A stretch of 64,000 nucleotides of DNA, from contig JBAYJA010000001.1 of NCBI GenBank assembly GCA_041665345.1, positions 457,206 to 521,205 on the forward strand, written 5' to 3'. Positions 43,792-54,258 of the stretch are shown piece after piece (the first letter of the stretch is position 1; the number at the start of each line of letters is the position of its first letter). A program made the translations under genes and the position numbers. The notes beneath the pieces were generated by a model. The model was given only the letters and a program-made list of their open reading frames with translations. It searched no databases and had not been told where the DNA came from. Origin of the DNA: Patescibacteria group bacterium. Lineage in GTDB: Bacteria > Patescibacteriota > Patescibacteriia > PEXW01.

Positions 43792-44412
43792 ATGTTTGAA
43801 GGAAAAATCCAAGAAAATGTGAAAGAGGGTGAGGAGGTGCTGGCCATTGTGCGCCGCGCACCCATTGTTGCCATTCCCAGCTTCGGCATTGCTGTCCTGC
43901 TGATTATAGCACCCTTCTTCTTCCTGTATCCGTTGCTCTCCCGGGGTCCGCTGGGTACCGCGGTATTTTTCATCAGTCTCGCGCTTGGGTTGTACCTGGG
44001 TTTCCGGGCACTGTGGGTGCACCAGCTCAATGCGTTCATTCTCACCGCCGAACGGATTATTGACATTGACCAGCGTGGGCTGTTCCACCGGGTGGTGTCA
44101 GAAGCGCCGTTTGAGAACGTGCAGGACGTGAGCTACGTGGTGCACGGGTTGTTCGCCACGCTGTTGCAATATGGCTCCGTGGTAGTACAAACTGCGGGGT
44201 CAACGCCAAATTTGGAGCTCACAGGTATTCGCCGGCCCCGGCGCATCCAAGAACTCATTCTCAAATTGCAGCAAGAGCGGACGCGAGCAGATGGGACAGG
44301 CGCGCTTTCGGCTGATGAGCTTTTGGCGATGGTACACAAAATAAAGAAAGGCATTGGGGAAGAAGCTTTTCGGCGCTTGGTAGCTAAGAAGGATAACCCT
44401 GAGCAGCGCTAA
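43792..44412 (+). CDS. membrane protein with bacterial PH (bPH_2/YdbS-like) domain
   Basis: Two TM helices followed by a beta-rich domain (QRGLFHRVVSEAPFENVQDV...VVQTAGS). Confidence 0.45.
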   Translation: MFEGKIQENVKEGEEVLAIVRRAPIVAIPSFGIAVLLIIAPFFFLYPLLSRGPLGTAVFFISLALGLYLGFRALWVHQLNAFILTAERIIDIDQRGLFHRVVSEAPFENVQDVSYVVHGLFATLLQYGSVVVQTAGSTPNLELTGIRRPRRIQELILKLQQERTRADGTGALSADELLAMVHKIKKGIGEEAFRRLVAKKDNPEQR

Positions 44413-44417
44413 TTCCC

Positions 44418-45071
44418 ATGGCTCGCGTCTTTCCAGAGCTACCACACGCAGGGGAGCCACGGCGGCGATTGTCTTTACCAATCCCACGTTTTAGCGTTGG
44501 TCGGCTGATTAAGCTGGCAATCCTGGTAGCCATTGTCTGGGTCTTCGTCATCATCGCGCGCACAGGGCTGTGGCAGGTGCCAATCATTTCCTCCTTTGTG
44601 CAGCCCACGGCACAGCCGCTGCGTGCGGTTGAGGTGCCGCTGGAAAATCCCGCTGATTTGGTGCAACGCATGCAAGGTCTTGCCACGGGGAGAACCTTGG
44701 TTATCCGTGAAGCAGAGCTGACCGTACTGGTGCAGCAAGGTGCGAGCAAGCTCAGCGCGCCCATCACTGATGTTGCTGTGGTTACCGTCAGCGAAACGGC
44801 AGGGGAGTTAGAATTCTCCTTCCGCATACCCAAACGGCACAATGCCTTGGTGCGCCTGTGGATGCTGCCAAGTGTGAATGACGCTGGTGATCTGTTCTTC
44901 ACGGCGCGGGAAGCAAAGGTTGGTGATGTTCGGGTGCCAACCTGGAGCATTGGCGGACCAACCAAGTTACTTCTTACTTCGCAACTAGAACCAATCTTGC
45001 GCGTCGCGCCACCGCTGGAGCAAGTCTCAGCTGCTGATGGGGCACTTCGTTTCACCTTTGCGCAACCATGA
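44418..45071 (+). CDS. hypothetical membrane-anchored protein
   Basis: N-terminal TM. Confidence 0.35.
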   Translation: MARVFPELPHAGEPRRRLSLPIPRFSVGRLIKLAILVAIVWVFVIIARTGLWQVPIISSFVQPTAQPLRAVEVPLENPADLVQRMQGLATGRTLVIREAELTVLVQQGASKLSAPITDVAVVTVSETAGELEFSFRIPKRHNALVRLWMLPSVNDAGDLFFTAREAKVGDVRVPTWSIGGPTKLLLTSQLEPILRVAPPLEQVSAADGALRFTFAQP

Positions 45072-45832
45072 TCCTCTTCCTTCGCAGCATTCCCACCTTT
45101 CTTTTCTTTTGGGTAGGCGCCAGTGCCGCCGTTGCGGTTCGCTACCCAAGCAGTTTTTGGTACGTTGGCGCAGTGGCCGTGCTGGGTATTGCTTTGGGTA
45201 TGTGGGTCCTTACCCGAGGGCGGAAGCTACCAGTGCGGACTGGGCAACTCCTCATCTTCCCACTGTTCTTCCTTGCAACTACTTTTGGGGTGCTCCTCTT
45301 TGTGGAGCATGCCTGGGTTCAAACTGTACTTGCTGGATGTGCGGCTGGGTTACTGGGTTTTGCTACTGAGCAGATATTTCGCTTTGCCTACCAGCCTGCG
45401 CGGTACCAAGCAAATGCTCTTCATAATGTCTCCGTGCTCTTTGCTGCCATTGGGTTGGTGTTCGGCATTCTCACCCTAGCGAATCTCACCCTCTTTGCCG
45501 GGCTGTCACTTTGGCTGAGCATTGGCATTGCTGCTGTGATCCAAGCGCTGTGGGTGTGGGCGTACCTCTGGGTGAATCCACTTCCGCAAACCGTCCGGCT
45601 CCCCTGGGCTTTTAGCGTTACATTGGTGGGAGCGGCTTTGGTGTGCGTGCTCATGTGGCTCCCTCCGCTTCCCGTGGTGAAAGCCGCGCTGTACGCAGCT
45701 TTCGTGGGCCTGGCAGTGCAGGTCGCCCGGGCTGAGAGCCAAGCCGCCTCGGAGCAGCGCATTGGCTGGGCTTTCGCCCTGTATGGGCTCGTGGTACTCT
45801 TCGTAGTAGTCACTGCGCGGTGGTACGCGTAA
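45068..45832 (+). CDS. hypothetical polytopic membrane protein
   Basis: About 8 hydrophobic helices. Confidence 0.4.
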   Translation: MILFLRSIPTFLFFWVGASAAVAVRYPSSFWYVGAVAVLGIALGMWVLTRGRKLPVRTGQLLIFPLFFLATTFGVLLFVEHAWVQTVLAGCAAGLLGFATEQIFRFAYQPARYQANALHNVSVLFAAIGLVFGILTLANLTLFAGLSLWLSIGIAAVIQALWVWAYLWVNPLPQTVRLPWAFSVTLVGAALVCVLMWLPPLPVVKAALYAAFVGLAVQVARAESQAASEQRIGWAFALYGLVVLFVVVTARWYA

Positions 45833-47127
45833 CGCCACGCCAGCGAAACGCTATGAAGGCAAAACCCATTCCAACTTCACCTCGCGAACGTCTGCGTGAC
45901 GAAGCGTCTGTCCAGCCAACTCCGCGTGAGCCAGGAGATGTGGAGGCATTTCTGCGTCAACCACCCACCATTGCCAAGCCCACCGTCATCCGCTTTGCTC
46001 CGGGTTTTGCGCTTTTCACTGTACTCATTGCCCTCATTGCAGGGGTGCTTGGCGCATTCTTGGTGCTCACCGGGCAACAGCAGTGGCCGTGGGTGCAGCG
46101 GTTGATCGGCCAGCCAGACACCGCTTCCACCGTCATCCGAACAACGACCACCCGGCGCGATACCCAAACGGTTTTGGCTGATGTGGCGCAGAAGCTTAGC
46201 CCAAATGTGGTGAGCATCTACGTTCGGACCCAAGCTGCGCCGCGTGAGGCGTCGCTTCTGGATCAGCTGTACGTGCCCGAAGACCGGCGGGGATTTGGAG
46301 TGATTCTCACCGAAGATGGCTTGGGTGCCACCACGCGCCAAGCAATTCCTGATCTCACCAAAGAGGTTGCCATTGTGACTGACACCAAGCAAGTTTTTCT
46401 CACCAAACTCTTCAGCGTTGATCCTGCCTCAGACCTGGTGTTCTTCCGAATGAGCGGGAAGGGATTTCCAACGGTGAATTTCGTGCAGGAAGACGCCCTA
46501 GCCATTGGCCAAGAGCTCTTCCTCCTGGGTCGCCAAGCAACTACTACAGCCATTGAACCGCACCAAGCGCTGCTCACGGCATTACGCACGTACCGGCTCA
46601 TTGACCGTTCGTACTTCTTACGATCCAGTGACCGGCTAACCGAGATTCACCAGACTGACTACCCCAGCATCGCTGGCTCACCGTACTTTACCGTTGGCGG
46701 GGAATTGGTTGGCGTGGCCACGGGCACACAGGCCGATATGATTCCCGCGGCAGTGCTGGCCAGCGCATTGGAACGATTTGCCAGCACCGGAGCAATATCC
46801 AGAAACGTGCTGGGTGTCCGCGCAATCGATTTGTCCATGGCAAAAGGGTTGCTCATTGCGCCCGCAACCGCCGGGACAGAAGGTGCGTACATTGCCGGAG
46901 ACGCTAGCCGGAATGTTGCGGCCATTACCCCCAAGAGCCCAGCTGAGCGCGCAGGGCTGCAAGCTGGGGACGTCATCCTTAAAGTTGGCGATCAAACGGT
47001 GAGTGCCCGACAGCCGCTCTCGGCGCTCATCCAAGCTGCCGGCATTCGGAGTAGTATGAACATTACCTACCGGCGAGATGGCAAGGAGCAGACCGTGCCC
47101 ATTACTCTTGAGGTAGCAAAGAGCTGA
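45820..47127 (+). CDS. membrane-anchored trypsin-like (S1C/HtrA-like) protein with C-terminal PDZ domain
   Basis: TM anchor, protease-like core, PDZ motif GLQAGDVILKVGDQTV; catalytic Ser motif looks degenerate. Confidence 0.45.
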   Translation: MVRVTPRQRNAMKAKPIPTSPRERLRDEASVQPTPREPGDVEAFLRQPPTIAKPTVIRFAPGFALFTVLIALIAGVLGAFLVLTGQQQWPWVQRLIGQPDTASTVIRTTTTRRDTQTVLADVAQKLSPNVVSIYVRTQAAPREASLLDQLYVPEDRRGFGVILTEDGLGATTRQAIPDLTKEVAIVTDTKQVFLTKLFSVDPASDLVFFRMSGKGFPTVNFVQEDALAIGQELFLLGRQATTTAIEPHQALLTALRTYRLIDRSYFLRSSDRLTEIHQTDYPSIAGSPYFTVGGELVGVATGTQADMIPAAVLASALERFASTGAISRNVLGVRAIDLSMAKGLLIAPATAGTEGAYIAGDASRNVAAITPKSPAERAGLQAGDVILKVGDQTVSARQPLSALIQAAGIRSSMNITYRRDGKEQTVPITLEVAKS

Positions 47128-49262
47128 TGCGCCGAACGTCAATTGGGGTAAGCTTGGCCTCGCTCCTCCTGGGGTGTTTTTTTCCATTGCTCGCACATGC
47201 CGCGCAGCCAGCTTTTTCCATCCTCACCGTCCGGCAGGACAGCACGTTGCAGGTTGTGACTCTGCATGCAGAGAGTAGCCCAGCAGCGTTAGCAGTAGCC
47301 CGGACACTCCCTGGGGTTGTGCATGCAGAGCTGGAGCAGACCTATCGTATTGCCGCAGTACCCGATGATCCAGGCTACGGGCAGCAGTGGGCTTTACCGG
47401 CCATTGGCGCGCCCGCTGCCTGGGATACCCGCACCGATGCTCGGTCAGTCACCGTGGCGGTCATTGACTCTGGCGTGGATACCACCAATCCCGACCTCAG
47501 TGCAGCAATGTGGACAAACCCTGATGAGGTTGCGGGAAATGGTGTGGATGACGATGCAAACGGGTACGTGGATGATGTTCATGGCTGGAATTTTGTGGAG
47601 GGGACAAGTGACCCGCGTCCGCAGGTCACAGCAGATGCAACGCCCAGAGGTTTGCACCACGGCACGGCCATTGCCGGGATTATTGGAGCCAGTGGGAATA
47701 ACAATCTGGCCGTGACGGGTTTGGCCTGGCAAGCATCCATCATGGCAATTCGAGCCCTCGATAGTACAGGCTCAGGGACAACGGGCGCAGTTGCCCTGGC
47801 TATTCGCTACGCCGTTGCCGAAGGTGCGGAAATCATTAACCTGAGTTTTGTAGGCAGTGGCACCAGTACGCTGCTGCAGCAGGCAATCGTGGATGCGCGG
47901 GCAGCCGGGGCGATCATTGTTGCTGCAGCTGGGAATGATAACCTCAACCTTGATACAACGCCGCAGTACCCGGCGTGCTACGACGGCGTGGTTGGCGTTG
48001 CCTCCGTTGGGCCAACAGACGTGAAATCCAGTTTCTCAAACTACGGTTCGTGCGTGGACATTGCCGCGCCTGGGGAGAACATCATTAGTACGCTGTACGT
48101 GAATGCTGCTGCTGGGTACGCCGATGTGTACGGCACGCTGTGGTCAGGCACGTCGGTTGCTTCACCGTTCGTGGTTGGTGTGCTTGCCATACTGAAGGCA
48201 GAAGAACCTGATCTCACTGCCAGCCAAGCCGTTGTCGCGCTGGAGTCGCAGTCTGTCAGTCTCGCCACCGTGAACCCAGACTACGCCACCAGCTTGGGTG
48301 CTGGTCGACTGGCAATCGGTTCGCTGCTGCAAGCTGCTGCAGCATTTGCCTTTACTACGGAAAATATTCTCGTGGCGCCACGCAGGGGTGATACGCCCCG
48401 GGTGCGGGAAGTCAATTCCAGTGGCAAAGTCCAGCAGCAATTTTTGGCCGCCCCTGCGCAGCAGCAAGCAGGGTCGTACGTCACTGCCGCAGATCTGGAT
48501 GGTGATGGGAACGCAGAAATTCTTTCTACCAATCAAGCCGGAACCCAGCCCTTGGTGCGCGTTGCCAACCGGCAGGGGAAGCAACTACGGAGTTTTCTGG
48601 CTTACGCAGCAAATTTCCGGGGTGGGGTCAGTATCACTGTGGGGGATGTGACTGGTGACGGAACGCCCGATATTGTCACTGGTACAGACTCTGGTCGTTC
48701 GCACATTCGGATTTTTTCTTCCACGGGCACTGTCCTGGGGCAATTCTTTGCCTTTGACGCAAAGTATAAGGGGGGAGTGAGTTTGGCCACGGCAGATGTG
48801 GATGGGGATGGGGTTGCAGAAATTTTGGTGAGCAAATTGCTGGGTGAAGCGCGTGTCACCATCTACCGCCAAAACGGTGATGTGGTCAGAAGTTTCCTGG
48901 TTTTCCCGGTGAAAGACCGCATTGGTGTGTACCTGAGCGTCGGCGATGTGGATGCTGATGGTGCACAGGAGTTGGTGGTGGGTGCTTCGAGCGGCAGCCC
49001 ACGCGTGCGCATTCTCAATATACTTGGCACGCTGGAGCGAGAGTTCTTTGCCTATGATAAGAAGCAAACCGGTGGCGTGCACATCGCGGTGGGGGATACG
49101 AATGGTGATGGGGTAGACGATATTGTCACCGGTACTGGCCGAGGCGCAAAACCTGAGGTACGGATATTCCGCAATGCTGGGAAAACCCGTAGTGCCATGT
49201 TCACGGTCTTCGCCCTCGGTTCACGGACGGGCGTGCACGTGGGGGTAATCCCGGCTGTATGA
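47127..49262 (+). CDS. secreted subtilisin-like (S8) serine protease with C-terminal FG-GAP/VCBS repeats
   Basis: Catalytic D (VAVIDSGVD), H (HGTAIAGII), S (GTSVASPFV); repeated DxDGDGxxD beta-propeller repeats. Confidence 0.8.
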   Translation: MRRTSIGVSLASLLLGCFFPLLAHAAQPAFSILTVRQDSTLQVVTLHAESSPAALAVARTLPGVVHAELEQTYRIAAVPDDPGYGQQWALPAIGAPAAWDTRTDARSVTVAVIDSGVDTTNPDLSAAMWTNPDEVAGNGVDDDANGYVDDVHGWNFVEGTSDPRPQVTADATPRGLHHGTAIAGIIGASGNNNLAVTGLAWQASIMAIRALDSTGSGTTGAVALAIRYAVAEGAEIINLSFVGSGTSTLLQQAIVDARAAGAIIVAAAGNDNLNLDTTPQYPACYDGVVGVASVGPTDVKSSFSNYGSCVDIAAPGENIISTLYVNAAAGYADVYGTLWSGTSVASPFVVGVLAILKAEEPDLTASQAVVALESQSVSLATVNPDYATSLGAGRLAIGSLLQAAAAFAFTTENILVAPRRGDTPRVREVNSSGKVQQQFLAAPAQQQAGSYVTAADLDGDGNAEILSTNQAGTQPLVRVANRQGKQLRSFLAYAANFRGGVSITVGDVTGDGTPDIVTGTDSGRSHIRIFSSTGTVLGQFFAFDAKYKGGVSLATADVDGDGVAEILVSKLLGEARVTIYRQNGDVVRSFLVFPVKDRIGVYLSVGDVDADGAQELVVGASSGSPRVRILNILGTLEREFFAYDKKQTGGVHIAVGDTNGDGVDDIVTGTGRGAKPEVRIFRNAGKTRSAMFTVFALGSRTGVHVGVIPAV

Positions 49263-49693
49263 CCATTGCGCAGATTCGTCAGCTTCCGGTTGCACGGCAG
49301 TTTGTAAAATTTGCCCTGGTTGGCTTTGTGAATACCGCCATTGACTGGACGGTTTTTTTTAGTTTAACCCAGTGGATACCCTGGTTCCACGAGCATATTT
49401 TAGTGGCAAATGGTATTGCTTTTCTGTTTGGTTTTGCCAGTAGCTATACTTTTAACCGGCGGTGGACGTTCCGCTCCAAAGATGGCAACATCAAGCGGCA
49501 GTTGACGGTCTTCCTCCTAGTCAACCTGGTTGGTCTGGGAATTAGCGAAACAGTGGTTGGCGTCGTTCATGCGCTCACGCAGTCCAGGTTGCTAAGCAAG
49601 TTTTTGGCGGTTGCTCTGGCCTTGTTCTGGAACTTCTTCGCTAGCCGGAAATGGGCCTTTCGGGAGGGTGGGGGAAAGCCGACAGTGATTTAG
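49259..49693 (+). CDS. GtrA family membrane protein
   Basis: FxxVGxxNTxxDWxxF motif (FVKFALVGFVNTAIDWTVFF); four TM helices. Confidence 0.7.
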   Translation: MTIAQIRQLPVARQFVKFALVGFVNTAIDWTVFFSLTQWIPWFHEHILVANGIAFLFGFASSYTFNRRWTFRSKDGNIKRQLTVFLLVNLVGLGISETVVGVVHALTQSRLLSKFLAVALALFWNFFASRKWAFREGGGKPTVI

Positions 49694-49728
49694 GCTTAAT
49701 ATTTTTAAAAGTGGGTCCCCACGGATGT

Positions 49729-49757
49729 AGCGCGCCGTCGCGACGGCGCTGTTTTGT
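49729..49757 (+). terminator. Rho-independent terminator
   Basis: cgccgtcg/cgacggcg palindrome followed by ctgttttgt. Confidence 0.65.
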
Positions 49758-50023
49758 CGTGGATAACTCGGTCAAATATCACTCAAATGGCATGGTAGCC
49801 TAGAAGTGAAATACATAACCGAGGTTGTACTCATGGAACCACTGGAAAGGCCAGGAGTACACCTCACGAAATGAAAATCCAGTACCGGCATGTTCTTTGC
49901 CAAGGAAGTGAGGTGAAACACCAACGTTAACTCCAAAGGGAGGCACAACGTACTGCTTTCAGGCGTATGTCTGAGGGTATGAGATTGTAACCAAACCAAC
50001 CCGTAGGCCAGAAGGCTTACAGA

Positions 50024-50797
50024 ATGGAGAATTTTATGAGGAGCAATAGTTTGCTCTTTGTTGCAGTGCTAGCCTTCATGGCTAGTGTTGCGTTTGTCCT
50101 TGGTGGTTGTTCCGATAAAGGAATTAGCACACAAGAACACAGCGTTCATCAAATTGAGGCAGATTTGATTGTCGATGCCAACAATTCCCAAATCGTTCAA
50201 CTCGAAGCGTATCGAAATCGGTTATCCGAGATTGCTATTCCATCACTTGATGTTTTCGCGCAGATTGCAGATAGTATTATTGATGGCAAGGTTATCAGCG
50301 ATACGATCTTGATTCGGGACAAAATTTGGGAAGCATTACGTGCGTGTGGTAAGGGAAATGCTAGTACCCCAACAGCAACTTCCTACAGTATTAGTAACCT
50401 AACTTCGCAGGAATTTTGGCTTTTGATGGCAAACCCTTGGAACGCGAATGCAACTAATACTGCAAGAAACCTTGCACTTAGTGCTGCGCAGAATGTATGG
50501 CCTGGATCACAGTATCAAACGAAGGCTGACGCATTCCGCCATGCGTACTGGAACATACTTATGTCAAAGTACGTTAGCATTTCATGGGCGCAGCAAGTGG
50601 CTACGGCACATGAGTCTGAATCACCGAATACTGTGGATAAGGCAATGGATCTAGACAACAACGCGGTAGGTCGTCGGCTCTATTCTCAGTATTCTTGGTA
50701 CTCTGAGTCAGATTTTGTGTACATGTTACGATACTATACTTACGTAAAGGTTTCTTCGATCCCGGCGTACACATGGTATCTTGTGTATCTTGCGTAG
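50024..50797 (+). CDS. lipoprotein of unknown function (start of the AT-rich block)
   Basis: Signal peptide with lipobox VLGGC. Confidence 0.45.
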   Translation: MENFMRSNSLLFVAVLAFMASVAFVLGGCSDKGISTQEHSVHQIEADLIVDANNSQIVQLEAYRNRLSEIAIPSLDVFAQIADSIIDGKVISDTILIRDKIWEALRACGKGNASTPTATSYSISNLTSQEFWLLMANPWNANATNTARNLALSAAQNVWPGSQYQTKADAFRHAYWNILMSKYVSISWAQQVATAHESESPNTVDKAMDLDNNAVGRRLYSQYSWYSESDFVYMLRYYTYVKVSSIPAYTWYLVYLA

Positions 50798-50887
50798 ACA
50801 CCTCACCCTTGAACCTTCATGAAGCCATCGGATACTTCAGTAAATTCGGTGGCTTTTCCTTTTCATACTATGATATTCTAATACCAT

Positions 50888-51226
50888 ATGATTTCTAAGG
50901 TGTATAAAAGTTTAATTGTAATAATCCTCGTCATTCTAGTGTTTACTGGAGTCACGGTATTTCTCACACTCAATAGTCTTCACGTCACAAACGCTACGGG
51001 TGTGGTTGTGAAATTAACCAGTAATGGACAGCAAGCATGGGGTCTTCGGACTGAATTTCGTATTCTTCGACCATTTGCTCCAAGAGCTTTACAATTCACG
51101 AATTTTGAAAATATATCGCAATACGATGGTCAGCGAATCCACTTGCAGTATGAGACTGTAGATGTTCTTGGAACAGGCGATTTTGACGTGTACGTAAGGC
51201 CAATTCAAATCGAGCGCCTAAAGTAA
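50888..51226 (+). CDS. small membrane-anchored protein
   Basis: N-terminal TM. Confidence 0.35.
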   Translation: MISKVYKSLIVIILVILVFTGVTVFLTLNSLHVTNATGVVVKLTSNGQQAWGLRTEFRILRPFAPRALQFTNFENISQYDGQRIHLQYETVDVLGTGDFDVYVRPIQIERLK

Positions 51227-51352
51227 GGCTTTACGTCCAAATCAGCGTTTATTTGTACCCTTCCCAAAACGGGCGGATTTTTGTATAATATAATCACTTT
51301 TAGCACTTGTTAATTCCTTAAAAAGTTAGAATGTAAAATTCAGACTCATAGA

Positions 51353-52732
51353 GTGAATTTTATGGCAACTGCGTTTCTAAATATTTTTACTGTTATAAAC
51401 CTTACTTTTTTCGTGTTTTTTTTGTTCTCTTCTGGAAGAAAATGGAGACAAAGTAAGACACATCGGAGATTTTTTCTAACTTTATTGGGTGGTTTTTTTT
51501 GGACATTATTAGTAAACACTCTTTTTTTTGATCAGGTTAGGGAAAATTCCGGACTATATTTTTTTATAACGAAACTAGATTTTTTTATAGCAGCATTACT
51601 TTCTGGTGCATTTGTTGCGTTTGCAATCCATTTTCCTAAAGAAAATTCAAAAATTGGAAAAATCTATGAATTAGCAATTATTTCTCCAACCATCCTCTTT
51701 GCCTTCCTTTCATTTTCAGAAAAAGTAGTAATGTTCCCCATCATTGGAAAGACAAATAGTGCTAGTTGGTTCGGAATATACATAAGTATTATCTCGATCT
51801 ATTACATATTAATTACTGGTAGCGTTCTTCTTTTTAAGTTTAGAAAATCTTCTGGAATTCAAAAAAATCAATTAGGTTATTTCCTTTCTGGCTATTTGAT
51901 CGCGATAGGAATACTGCTGTTTAATAGCTTTTATGTAAATTCAATAGGTGATATTAACCGTTATTTTGATCGATTTACAACAAATGCCGGGATTTTATTT
52001 ATTACCTTTTCGGCTTACGCAGTTTTAAAATATCGTTTTTTAGATTTAGGGCTTGTAATTCAAAGGGGTGCAACTCGTATCCTTTCTTTCTTAGTCATAT
52101 TTTGTTTATACCTCATTGGATTATTATTAGCCCGTGATGAACTTGTTGCGAGAAGCAATGATCTAACGGCAATTATAATTGTTGCTCTAGTGGTTGCCGT
52201 AACAATTGAACCACTGAGAAAGTTTGTATTTCGATTTGTTGATAGAGCATTTGCTTCGCATGATGAAAAAGCAGCCAGAGCCCAGAAGCGCGTTATGATA
52301 CTACTTAAATCTCAGCAGAGCTATGACGGGCTTTTGACTGAGATTCAGAGTGTGTTTAAGGAGTTTGCTGAGGTTGATGAGGTGGAATTTGTTGAATCAA
52401 CAGATTCATTTTTTGCCAAACGACGTGGAACGTATGAATTCCTCCGCGCTACAGGCAGGTTAATCATCCCCGAAGAACTTCCGTATAGGTTTTCTGAGGA
52501 TGATCGTTTCGCCATAATCGCTGAAGAATTACAAGACACTAAGAAGAGTTGCATTATGGCAATTGGTCAGAGTAGTTCATTTATTGGAGTATTAACGTTA
52601 GGACAAAGAAAAAATATGAAAGCGTATTCCGCGCAAGATATTGGAGAGCTAAAACGCTTGCAAATGCAGTTTGGCCTTGCGCTGTTCAATGCAAGGTTAT
52701 ACAAACAGGCCGTAGAGAGGATTACGAAGTAG
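51353..52732 (+). CDS. polytopic membrane sensor-like protein lacking an output domain; paralog of the N-terminal region of the histidine kinase at 54248
   Basis: About 8 TM helices plus a cytoplasmic GAF-like region; AT-rich; architecture parallels residues 1-450 of the kinase. Confidence 0.45.
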   Translation: MNFMATAFLNIFTVINLTFFVFFLFSSGRKWRQSKTHRRFFLTLLGGFFWTLLVNTLFFDQVRENSGLYFFITKLDFFIAALLSGAFVAFAIHFPKENSKIGKIYELAIISPTILFAFLSFSEKVVMFPIIGKTNSASWFGIYISIISIYYILITGSVLLFKFRKSSGIQKNQLGYFLSGYLIAIGILLFNSFYVNSIGDINRYFDRFTTNAGILFITFSAYAVLKYRFLDLGLVIQRGATRILSFLVIFCLYLIGLLLARDELVARSNDLTAIIIVALVVAVTIEPLRKFVFRFVDRAFASHDEKAARAQKRVMILLKSQQSYDGLLTEIQSVFKEFAEVDEVEFVESTDSFFAKRRGTYEFLRATGRLIIPEELPYRFSEDDRFAIIAEELQDTKKSCIMAIGQSSSFIGVLTLGQRKNMKAYSAQDIGELKRLQMQFGLALFNARLYKQAVERITK

Positions 52733-52747
52733 CCGTTTATTTCCTAG

Positions 52748-53596
52748 ATGAAGTTAATAGTTAACAATAGTAACATGAGCAATGGAAGTAATTATTCAAA
52801 ATACATCTCACTAAATAGTGTTGAAGATGGAAAAAAGAGTACTTTTCTAATTCGATTTTTTTCACCTTCTGTTGAGTTAGAAAAAATAAAGTATACAATT
52901 ATACAAGACATTGATCGTTTAGTTGAGAATGGGTGGGGAAAATTTAGTAAAGACTTTTTACTTAAGCATATTATCCAATCTTCAAGACTAGTTGTAGTAT
53001 GGCATGAGGGAGAAATTGCTGCTGTATGTTCGGCATCAAATAAGAAATTTAAGGCGAAAGCAGTGCTTTATCTAGAGTTCACGGTTGTAAAAAGAAAATT
53101 TCGTAGTTTTTCCTTATCCACGTATCTAAATGGTGAAATAATTGCAGAATTTTATTTACGATCTTTTTATCATCGTTTTGGTAAATCAATTTATCTTGTA
53201 ACTTTGACAAGAAGTCCTCGTGTAATTGGTTCATTATCAAATTTTTGCAGGAAAGTTTACCCATCACTAAAATACTATAAAAATGGTAGACTTATACCTG
53301 CTGAGAATGAAACATGGTTTATAATTAAGGCAATAGTTGAAAGTAGCTGGAAACCCGACAGGGTGGTAGACCGTGAGGGGGCAGTTCTTCATGGTTCTTA
53401 CAGTGCGATGCCATGGTTATTAGAACCTAAACAAGAAAAACATTATCGAAATGATATATCAAAATTTTGTGAACAATACTTAAAAATCTCAGAAAAAGCT
53501 GACAGAGAATTTATTGTTGTTGCTGAATACAACTTATTATCATTTCTTAAGTATAAACTTTGGAATCGAAGAAAAATTATTAGTTTAGAGAAATGA
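52748..53596 (+). CDS. hypothetical protein (possible GNAT-like fold)
   Basis: Weak resemblance to the acetyltransferase core; AT-rich. Confidence 0.25.
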   Translation: MKLIVNNSNMSNGSNYSKYISLNSVEDGKKSTFLIRFFSPSVELEKIKYTIIQDIDRLVENGWGKFSKDFLLKHIIQSSRLVVVWHEGEIAAVCSASNKKFKAKAVLYLEFTVVKRKFRSFSLSTYLNGEIIAEFYLRSFYHRFGKSIYLVTLTRSPRVIGSLSNFCRKVYPSLKYYKNGRLIPAENETWFIIKAIVESSWKPDRVVDREGAVLHGSYSAMPWLLEPKQEKHYRNDISKFCEQYLKISEKADREFIVVAEYNLLSFLKYKLWNRRKIISLEK

Positions 53597-54258
53597 AATA
53601 TCTAATTTTTATTACTTCACTAGTTGTTGTTACTTGGATTTACTGGAGATATTTCTATTTTTTTCGCGACCCTAAAAGAATTCCACCATCAGGAAATAAT
53701 ATTTTATCGCCAGCTGATGGGACAATTGTTTACGTAGAATCTATTGAAGGTGGGGTCATTCCATTTTCGATAAAGGGTAAAAAAAGGATTGAGTTGTTTG
53801 AAATTACTCATAAGGATCTTGGTGATGAAGATTTCTGGCATGTTGGGATTTTCATGCATCCTACAAGCGTCCATGTCAATCGATCACCAATTGACGGTAT
53901 TGTAAAGTCGATTAAGTATACGCCAGGAAAAAATTTACCAATGACCATTATGTGGTGGCGGGTGCTCTTAGGAATTCGAAGGTTTGAAAAAAATAGCCCA
54001 CACATACTTAGCAATGAACGAAATACAATTATTATCGAAGGTAAATTTCCGGTTTGCATAGTTCAGATCGCCGATATCTATGTGAATAAAATAGTATGTA
54101 ATGTTCAATTAGGAGAAAATATAAAAAAAGGAATGAGAATTGGTGCAATAAAAATGGGTTCGCAGGTTGATTTATTTTTTCCAAAAAGATCAGGATTTAG
54201 TGTACTTGTAAAACCTGGAGATAAAGTTTTTGCTGGTGAGTCAATAATTGCAAAATAG
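53593..54258 (+). CDS. psd: phosphatidylserine decarboxylase-like protein (short archaeal-type)
   Basis: N-terminal TM; LSPADGTIVYV and C-terminal GSQV (GST-like self-cleavage site) motifs. Confidence 0.55.
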   Translation: MKYLIFITSLVVVTWIYWRYFYFFRDPKRIPPSGNNILSPADGTIVYVESIEGGVIPFSIKGKKRIELFEITHKDLGDEDFWHVGIFMHPTSVHVNRSPIDGIVKSIKYTPGKNLPMTIMWWRVLLGIRRFEKNSPHILSNERNTIIIEGKFPVCIVQIADIYVNKIVCNVQLGENIKKGMRIGAIKMGSQVDLFFPKRSGFSVLVKPGDKVFAGESIIAK